The notes under the pieces were generated by a model, which worked only from the letters and a program-made list of their open reading frames with translations, had not been told where the DNA came from and made no database searches. DNA of 29,974 nt from a virus. Lineage: Duplodnaviria; Caudoviricetes. Positions within the stretch are counted from its first letter, which is position 1. Each line of letters opens with the position of its first letter. A program made the translations under genes and the position numbers. The DNA is taken from positions 1 to 29,974 of IMG/VR virus record IMGVR_UViG_3300048670_000431; one strand, written 5' to 3'. Of this stretch, positions 1 through 6,710 are shown one piece after another.

Positions 1-1
1 A

Positions 2-3000
2 GGACACAGAGCCTCTTTGACCTGATCCGCCCTCTGCATTGAGGGTCATCCGAGCGCCATTGATTGGGTTGGTGGAGTAAGACCCGCCGAAAGAAACGCC
101 GTTGGTTAAACTGGTTGGGCCATCCGTGCGGCCTTGGATGGTTGCAAAGTTGTTTCCAGTTCCCGTAACTAAAACAGGGCCATAGCTATTTGCATATGTG
201 CTTGGCGAACTAGTACCAATCCCCACGTTGCCGTTAGGGTCAATTAACAATTTAGTTGCAAAGGTAGTGCCTGTTCGCGTGGTTGATTGCTCAACCCCCC
301 AATCACCATAAGCCGCATGATCTGTTCTTACTCTCCAGGTTCTTGTGCCCGCATCTCCGCCATAAGGAAACAAAACACCGCCAGCACCACCAATGCCGTT
401 GCCTGTTTGAACATATCCTGACGCCAATGTCAACTGTTCTGATGGTGTACTAGTACCAATCCCCACAAGGCCAGCAGAGGTGATACGCATCTTCTCTGAT
501 GGCGCAGAATTCAATGATGTTGACGTGGAGAATACCAGCTGACCAGTTGGGTATTGAGCGTTGGTTCTTGCGCCAAATATTGCTGAAATAATTGCGGAAG
601 AATACTGGTTTGTGCTTGCACCTGTGATGGCCGCAAAGTTCAACTGCGCTGTGTTGTTTGTTGTGGTATCGCCGTTGACGATTGCTATCGCAGCAGTGCT
701 GCCATTCAGCGTTGTGCTTGCGTCTGATCGTTGAACAACCAAAGGCCGAGCTGCGGCCACAGCGTCAAAAACATTATTAACAACGGTCCCAATCCCCACG
801 TTGCCGCTGGAGTCGATACGCATGCGTTCTGTGTCTTGCGTGGCAAATGTGATTGGAGATGTTGCGCCCACATTGGTGATGAACAGTTCATTTGCTTTTG
901 CACTGTGACCAGCAGGAAAACGGATAATTTGACCTACATCAGTACCAGCAATAAATTTCAACAGTGATCCGGCATTTGTACCGCTGGTGGCGTTGCGAAT
1001 AATTATGCCGTACTCACCATTGGCAGATTTTGATACTTCCAGTGTTGTTGCCGGCGTGGTAGTACCAATCCCCACGTTGCCGCCAACAGTCAGCGTCATT
1101 AAGGTATTTAATGTTGCTATATTACCACCAGTGCCCGTCGCCGTTGATGATTTCCATGTATGATTACCACCAGTTTGGTTGTAATAACTTGCGTAAGCCG
1201 CACCACCGGGCCATGCAAAATAGTTATCACCTGCAATATAGCAATTATTTGTTAAGTAAACATCTGTGCCAGCAGATATAATTCCACCGCCACCCTGAGT
1301 ACCTATGTTCAAAACATTGTAAGGTGCACCAGGTCCTGGATTAGGCGTTGCTCCAATTCCCACATTGCCACTGGTGATGATATTGCCCGTGACCGACAGT
1401 GCATTGGTCGCAGCATTGAATATCAACCCACCGGTGGTGACATTGGCAGTTTGATTTGATCCGCTTGCACCCACCATCACAGGATACAGTGTGGTGGTTG
1501 CGGTATTGTTGGTGGCATTTATAGTGGTGCTGGGCCCAGTTAGACCTTGAATACCCTGGATGCCTTGTGTACCGGTAACACCCTGTATGCCCTGTGTTCC
1601 GGTCACGCCTTGGGCACCAACAGCGCCCTGGGTTCCCACAGCACCTTGTGTGCCGGTCGTGCCCTGAGCACCGGTGATGCCTTGAGTGCCCGTTTGCCCT
1701 TGAACGCCTTGGATGCCTTGTGTGCCCGTGGCTCCTTGTGCGCCCGTGACCCCTTGGATACCTTGGATGCCTTGTGCGCCTGTGATGCCTTGTGCGCCTA
1801 TCACTCCTTGTGTACCGGTCACACCCTGGATGCCTTGAGTACCAACCGAACCTTGAGTACCGGTTGTGCCTTGAGTGCCCTGTACGCCTTGAGCACCTGT
1901 GATTCCTTGTGTTCCAATCGTGCCTTGTGTACCGGTCGTACCTTGAGTGCCCGTGATTCCTTGTGCACCGGTAACACCCTGGATGCCTTGTGTACCCTGC
2001 ACGCCTTGTGTGCCGATTGTGCCTTGTGTTCCGGTTGTGCCTTGTACGCCTTGCGTACCCTGAACACCAGTAATACCCTGTGTTCCAATCGTGCCTTGGG
2101 TGCCGGTTGTACCTTGTGAGCCTGTGATGCCTTGAGTTCCAGTCGTGCCCTGGGTACCCGTCGCACCCTGGATGCCTTGTGTACCTTGAACACCAGTGAT
2201 ACCCTGTGTTCCAACAGTGCCTTGTGACCCGGTCGTGCCTTGAGTTCCGATTGTGCCTTGAGCGCCTGTGACTCCTTGTGCGCCCGTGACGCCCTGCACA
2301 CCTTGAGTGCCTTGTGTACCTGTATCCCCTTGTGCGCCCGTAACACCCTGCACACCTTGAGTGCCTTGTGTACCAACGGTGCCTTGTGTACCAGTGATAC
2401 CTTGTGTTCCAACAGTGCCTTGTGAGCCTGTGATGCCTTGGGCACCAGTCGTGCCTTGTGTGCCTATGTTGCCTTGAACCCCTTGAATGCCTTGTGTTCC
2501 GGTTGTGCCTTGTGTGCCTATGTCGCCCTGCACACCTTGTACGCCTTGTGCGCCCGTGACGCCTTGTGTACCTGTAACACCTTGTGTGCCTGTTATGCCT
2601 TGGGTTCCGGTCGTACCTTGGGTTCCGATCGTGCCTTGGGCGCCTGTGATTCCTTGGGCGCCTGTGATGCCTTGTGTGCCCTGCACACCTTGCACACCCT
2701 GGGCTCCTTGAACCAATGCCAAGAATAGTGCAGTGGTGTTAGCAAAGTTGGTAGTACCAGTTCCGCCTGAACTGGTTAAATCTACCGGAACTGTCCAATA
2801 ACTATCTGCTGCGCCCGGATTTACATTTGTAGGTGTTCCTGTTATAACAAAATTTTGATAATTAGAACTGCTGGTTTGATCCTGAATGAGAATTGATTCT
2901 GTTGCAGAAAGCAGTGACAAAAATATATCAATATCAATATTGTTATCAGTTAAATGACTTATATTGACTTGAGTTGCATCAATTTGAGTAGCATTATTCC

Positions 3001-5386
3001 ATAGAATATCACCGTCTCCGGGATATCCAGAAGTTGCAAGTGTATTTGCTCTATATAAGAATAAACTTGTGCTGTTGCCTGTTGTTCCTTGTGTGCCGGT
3101 CACGCCCTGTATGCCTTGTGCGCCCACAGTTCCTTGTGTACCGGTTACACCTTGAATGCCTTGTGCGCCCACAGTTCCTTGTGTGCCCGTAATGCCCTGC
3201 ACGCCTTGAACGCCTTGGATGCCTTGAGTACCTGTATCCCCTTGTGTACCCGTCACACCCTGCACGCCTTGTGCGCCTTGCACGCCTTGTGCACCTGTGT
3301 CGCCTTGCACGCCTTGTACACCTTGAGTGCCTTGTGTACCTGTTGTGCCCTGCACACCTTGAATTCCTTGGGTACCAGTTGTACCTTGTGTTCCAGTTGT
3401 TCCTTGCACACCAGTTGTGCCTTGTGTACCTGTATCGCCTTGAACGCCCTGGATGCCTTGGGTACCAACTGTGCCTTGTGAGCCTGTCGCGCCCTGGATG
3501 CCTTGAGTACCTGCACCGGTCGTGCCTTGTGTGCCAATTGTGCCCTGTGTGCCAACATCACCTTGCGTCCCGGTTATACCTTGGATACCTTGAGTACCTG
3601 CACCGGTTGTACCTTGTGTGCCAACAGTGCCTTGTGTTCCAGTCGTGCCCTGTGTGCCTGTACCGGTCGTACCTTGGATGCCTTGAACTCCTTGCACTCC
3701 CTGTACACCCACGGTACCTTGTGTGCCGGTCGTGCCTTGTGTGCCTGCACCGGTTGTACCTTGTGTGCCAACAGTGCCTTGTGTTCCAGTCGTGCCCTGT
3801 GTGCCTGCACCAATCGTGCCTTGCGTTCCGGTTGTGCCTTGTGTACCGATCGTACCTTGCGTTCCGGTTATACCTTGGATGCCTTGTGTACCAACAGTTC
3901 CTTGTGTTCCAATCGTGCCTTGTGTTCCTAATGTACCCTGTGTGCCGGTTGTGCCCTGGATGCCTTGTGTTCCGATTGTGCCCTGGATACCCTGTGAGCC
4001 TGTGATCCCTTGAGTGCCCGTTTGTCCTTGAACGCCTTGAACGCCTTGAGTACCTGTGACGCCTTGTGATCCTGTCACGCCCTGGATGCCCTGAACTCCT
4101 TGAACACCTTGTACGCCTTGGGTGCCGGTTGTACCTTGTGAGCCTGTAACCCCTTGGATACCTTGTACACCTTGCACTCCTTGTGTTCCGTTTGTTCCTT
4201 GTGTGCCTGTGCTTCCTTGTGTACCCGTGACACCCTGGATACCTTGAACTCCTTGTGTACCTATGACTCCTTGTGTGCCGGTTGTGCCTTGGATGCCTTG
4301 TGTGCCTATAACGCCCTGGATACCTTGTACGCCCTGGATGCCTTGGGTACCAACTGTGCCTTGGGTGCCGGTTATACCTTGTGTGCCTTGTGTACCCGTA
4401 ACACCCTGCACGCCTTGAATTCCTTGCACGCCTTGTATGCCTGTGCTCCCTTGAACACCTTGTGTGCCGGTTGTGCCCTGTACTCCTTGAGTGCCTTGTG
4501 TACCGATGACGCCTTGAATGCCTTGTGTTCCTTGAACACCCTGGGTACCTGTCGTGCCTTGGATACCGGTCGTGCCCTGGATGCCTTGAGCACCGGTTGT
4601 GCCTTGTGTTCCGGTAATACCTTGTATACCCTGTACACCCTGGGTGCCACCACCGCCGCCACCTGCAAAAGGTGCTCCGTTGGCATAGAAATATCCATCT
4701 GTGCGGATACCCGGGGTCACCACGTTGCTGTTGACGTATGTGAAATAGGCGTCGCTGGCAAAACTGTTGGCACCAGAATTGAATTGTATCTGGTAGATAT
4801 TGCCTGATGGACTGTTGGTAGTGGAGGTTACTTGATTGGTGGTACTAAAGTTTTGTTCTTCAAGATTGATAGTAACAAAGGCACCATCAAACACACCAGT
4901 TTGACTGGTCACAATCAATCTATTGAGTGCTTCTTGCCCGTTTACTGTGACTGATGTATTGGCGGCAGAAGCTGTGGTGCCACCTGTAAAAGTGATTGAA
5001 GGATCAATTCCGGATGCCAGTACAGTATCGCCCGATGAACTAGATTTCAACACTGCTGGAGAATTATCGGTGTTGGCGTTTTGATATGGGGTGGTGCCCG
5101 CATCAGCTGCGGTTCTCACCGAGCCGGCAGAGGTGTTGGCGTTTTGATATGGGGTGGTGCCCGCATCAGCTGCGGTTCTCACGGCGCGAGCGGACCCACC
5201 ACTATTGGTTTGATAAGGATTCACCGCCTCTACTGCACCAGTTCCTACTGTGCGAGCAGACCCACCACTATTGGTTTGATATTGATCTACAGCAGCAGCC
5301 GCGCCAGTCCTTATGGACCCGGCGGAAATAGTAGGGGCAGGTCGATATGGTGGTTCAACATTATCGTTGGGATTATTTGTGGCCAT
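2..5386 (-). CDS. Giant collagen-like tail fibre/adhesin (partial; C-terminus lies beyond the left edge, >1795 aa)
   Basis: ATG at 5386 (MATNNPNDNVEPPY...). The frame stays consistent wherever checked, down to position 2 (...NAEGGSGQRGSVS). It has N-terminal PYQ repeats, two long G-X-Y blocks, and five G(N/L)VGIG-initiated modules typical of phage fibres. The ORF track misses it because there is no stop codon in the window. Confidence 0.9.
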   Translation of the reverse strand, partial: MATNNPNDNVEPPYRPAPTISAGSIRTGAAAAVDQYQTNSGGSARTVGTGAVEAVNPYQTNSGGSARAVRTAADAGTTPYQNANTSAGSVRTAADAGTTPYQNANTDNSPAVLKSSSSGDTVLASGIDPSITFTGGTTASAANTSVTVNGQEALNRLIVTSQTGVFDGAFVTINLEEQNFSTTNQVTSTTNSPSGNIYQIQFNSGANSFASDAYFTYVNSNVVTPGIRTDGYFYANGAPFAGGGGGGTQGVQGIQGITGTQGTTGAQGIQGTTGIQGTTGTQGVQGTQGIQGVIGTQGTQGVQGTTGTQGVQGSTGIQGVQGIQGVQGVTGTQGTQGITGTQGTVGTQGIQGVQGIQGVIGTQGIQGTTGTQGVIGTQGVQGIQGVTGTQGSTGTQGTNGTQGVQGVQGIQGVTGSQGTTGTQGVQGVQGVQGIQGVTGSQGVTGTQGVQGVQGQTGTQGITGSQGIQGTIGTQGIQGTTGTQGTLGTQGTIGTQGTVGTQGIQGITGTQGTIGTQGTTGTQGTIGAGTQGTTGTQGTVGTQGTTGAGTQGTTGTQGTVGVQGVQGVQGIQGTTGTGTQGTTGTQGTVGTQGTTGAGTQGIQGITGTQGDVGTQGTIGTQGTTGAGTQGIQGATGSQGTVGTQGIQGVQGDTGTQGTTGVQGTTGTQGTTGTQGIQGVQGTTGTQGTQGVQGVQGDTGAQGVQGAQGVQGVTGTQGDTGTQGIQGVQGVQGITGTQGTVGAQGIQGVTGTQGTVGAQGIQGVTGTQGTTGNSTSLFLYRANTLATSGYPGDGDILWNNATQIDATQVNISHLTDNNIDIDIFLSLLSATESILIQDQTSSSNYQNFVITGTPTNVNPGAADSYWTVPVDLTSSGGTGTTNFANTTALFLALVQGAQGVQGVQGTQGITGAQGITGAQGTIGTQGTTGTQGITGTQGVTGTQGVTGAQGVQGVQGDIGTQGTTGTQGIQGVQGNIGTQGTTGAQGITGSQGTVGTQGITGTQGTVGTQGTQGVQGVTGAQGDTGTQGTQGVQGVTGAQGVTGAQGTIGTQGTTGSQGTVGTQGITGVQGTQGIQGATGTQGTTGTQGITGSQGTTGTQGTIGTQGITGVQGTQGVQGTTGTQGTIGTQGVQGTQGIQGVTGAQGITGTQGTTGTQGTIGTQGITGAQGVQGTQGTTGTQGSVGTQGIQGVTGTQGVIGAQGITGAQGIQGIQGVTGAQGATGTQGIQGVQGQTGTQGITGAQGTTGTQGAVGTQGAVGAQGVTGTQGIQGVTGTQGIQGIQGLTGPSTTINATNNTATTTLYPVMVGASGSNQTANVTTGGLIFNAATNALSVTGNIITSGNVGIGATPNPGPGAPYNVLNIGTQGGGGIISAGTDVYLTNNCYIAGDNYFAWPGGAAYASYYNQTGGNHTWKSSTATGTGGNIATLNTLMTLTVGGNVGIGTTTPATTLEVSKSANGEYGIIIRNATSGTNAGSLLKFIAGTDVGQIIRFPAGHSAKANELFITNVGATSPITFATQDTERMRIDSSGNVGIGTVVNNVFDAVAAARPLVVQRSDASTTLNGSTAAIAIVNGDTTTNNTAQLNFAAITGASTNQYSSAIISAIFGARTNAQYPTGQLVFSTSTSLNSAPSEKMRITSAGLVGIGTSTPSEQLTLASGYVQTGNGIGGAGGVLFPYGGDAGTRTWRVRTDHAAYGDWGVEQSTTRTGTTFATKLLIDPNGNVGIGTSSPSTYANSYGPVLVTGTGNNFATIQGRTDGPTSLTNGVSFGGSYSTNPINGARMTLNAEGGSGQRGSVS
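1529..2707 (-). repeat. Collagen-like (Gly-X-Y)n block 2, about 131 triplets
   Basis: 9-bp periodicity encoding GTQ/GIT/GVQ/GTT/GAQ. The first and last Gly codons are in the same 9-nt phase. Confidence 0.95.
3080..4648 (-). repeat. Collagen-like (Gly-X-Y)n block 1, about 171 triplets plus five Gly-X-Gly interruptions
   Basis: 9-bp periodicity. The phase shifts are fully explained by five GA/GT dipeptides between about 3505 and 3815. Confidence 0.93.
5069..5281 (-). repeat. In-frame tandem repeats at the fibre N-terminus (21-22 aa units)
   Basis: Identical 51-bp copies at 5069-5119 and 5132-5182 (period 63), and near-identical 30-bp copies at 5186-5215 and 5252-5281 (period 66). They encode VRTAADAGTTPYQNANT and YQTNSGGSAR. 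Confidence 0.9.
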
Positions 5387-5400
5387 AGATATTTTATCAT

Positions 5401-5407
5401 TATTTAT
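5401..5407 (-). promoter_or_regulatory. T4-late-like promoter box (ATAAATA)
   Basis: ATAAATA lies 14 nt upstream of the fibre ATG. The same motif recurs before other structural genes. Confidence 0.65.
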
Positions 5408-5450
5408 GACATGATCTTTAAGCCGCCCGAGTCACAACCAAAATATGTGA

Positions 5451-5843
5451 TTACCTTGGATAGCCCTTGAAGGCACGCACAGGACTTGTTGTGTCCACAA
5501 ACGCCGGTTCTTCACTCTTGGCCGATGACACCATTCGTTTGCCGCCAGGGGTGTCAGTCATCTTCAATGCTAGATCAAGGATGGGTGCTATTTGTTCATC
5601 CATGCCGGACACTATAGCATGTTCTCCAAATGCACTTTCTGATGTCCAAGGTCTCATGAAAGGATTCACGCCGTCTTGAGTACCAGCATCTGATCTAGCA
5701 CGAGCCATGGCCACTGACAGTCTGTATGCACCATAGGGATCGCTGCCGGTCACACCGGGCAATATGTAAGTGTATCTCAAGGGATCAGCTATTTCTGCGG
5801 GCAGGTGTGCTACAGATTCAGTGACAAACTCTCGGGCTCTCAT
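5451..5843 (-). CDS. Hypothetical protein, putative internal head protein (paralog A)
   Basis: Leader MRAREFVTE and C-terminus SPVRAFKGYPR; similar to the neighbouring gene. Confidence 0.7.
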   Translation of the reverse strand: MRAREFVTESVAHLPAEIADPLRYTYILPGVTGSDPYGAYRLSVAMARARSDAGTQDGVNPFMRPWTSESAFGEHAIVSGMDEQIAPILDLALKMTDTPGGKRMVSSAKSEEPAFVDTTSPVRAFKGYPR

Positions 5844-6208
5844 CGAGGATATCCCCGGAATGCTTGCACAGGACTTGCTGTGCTGGTGCTGGGTATTTCT
5901 TGGCTGCGGAGATCACCGCTGTTGAGATCGCGGAAATCAGTTCCCACTGCCTTGTAGGCCAGTTTCAACATGTCGGCTTCCACTGGCGTGTAAGGTGCTG
6001 CGATGTCATGTCGTCCGGCCCAACTTTCACCATCTATGTCCGGGGGAGTAACTCCGTCTGTGCTGGCCACTGCCATCATCACACGATTCAATACATAATT
6101 CCTATCTGCCACGTTAGAAAATTTGTGTAGTCCCACCGTGGCAAAACTTTTTGTTTTGGTGAGAGGCCCTACTTTTTCACCTTCGGCGATGAACTCACTG
6201 GCTCGCAT
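5840..6208 (-). CDS. Hypothetical protein, putative internal head protein (paralog B)
   Basis: Start reassigned to ATG 6208 (MRASEFIAE), just after the upstream stop. C-terminus SPVQAFRGYPR. ATGA overlap with paralog A. Confidence 0.7.
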   Translation of the reverse strand: MRASEFIAEGEKVGPLTKTKSFATVGLHKFSNVADRNYVLNRVMMAVASTDGVTPPDIDGESWAGRHDIAAPYTPVEADMLKLAYKAVGTDFRDLNSGDLRSQEIPSTSTASPVQAFRGYPR

Positions 6209-6209
6209 G

Positions 6210-6527
6210 TTACACACCAGTCACCGATGTAAGCGGAGTCGCGCCGCATTGGCTGGCAGTGAATGCATTTCCTGTAATAATGTTTAAGTAGTTGCCTGCG
6301 CCCACATAATATTGTTGCACAGTATTGCCAGGAACCACTATAGCGTTGGAATACAAGTTGCCAATTGGTGTGGTCATGGTGGCATTTTGGGGTCTACCAT
6401 TGGCCGGCACATAGGTCAACTGTGTAACTGACACTTGAAATGTAACATTGGACAGTGTTGTGGCAATTTCTACTTTGTCTGTGGTCCAGGCGGTGTTACT
6501 CACAGAGGTTACAACTTGAATAGCCAT
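6210..6527 (-). CDS. Hypothetical small T/V/N-rich protein, probably virion-associated
   Basis: 105-aa ORF with an AAGGA SD, tightly packed in the operon; composition suggests beta strands. Confidence 0.65.
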   Translation of the reverse strand: MAIQVVTSVSNTAWTTDKVEIATTLSNVTFQVSVTQLTYVPANGRPQNATMTTPIGNLYSNAIVVPGNTVQQYYVGAGNYLNIITGNAFTASQCGATPLTSVTGV

Positions 6528-6706
6528 TATTTGTTATCCTTATTTAGATCTGCCACATTCACGGGACGGAACAGATTTGTGGTCTGACTCAGCACACCGG
6601 GAATCATCACAGGTTGATTACGCACTTCTTGTGGTGTAGGTGCAGGCGGATGTCGTTCCTGCAACCGGGCCATGGTCTCTGCATAGGATTGAAATTGTGT
6701 GGTCAT
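6527..6706 (-). CDS. Small hypothetical protein (59 aa; not in the ORF track)
   Basis: MTTQFQSYAETMARLQERHPP...DLNKDNK*. It fills the gap exactly: it starts 4 nt after the upstream stop and has a TAATG overlap with the next gene. Confidence 0.7.
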   Translation of the reverse strand: MTTQFQSYAETMARLQERHPPAPTPQEVRNQPVMIPGVLSQTTNLFRPVNVADLNKDNK

Positions 6707-6710
6707 GTTG

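Noticed and set aside
1-1400. Possible diversity-generating retroelement or invertase shufflon acting on the fibre
   Set aside because: No reverse transcriptase, adenine-specific TR/VR pair or recombinase is visible, and the junction repeats are direct rather than inverted.
1547-4807. Many Cys/Ala/Leu-rich, Pro/Val/Cys-rich or HK-rich ORFs in the ORF track
   Set aside because: They are antisense or off-frame shadows of the 9-bp collagen repeat; the real gene is the minus-strand frame from 5386.
5069-5281. Direct repeats resembling a mini CRISPR array
   Set aside because: There are two different repeat pairs with in-frame periods (63 and 66) inside a CDS, no consistent repeat-spacer structure, and no cas genes.
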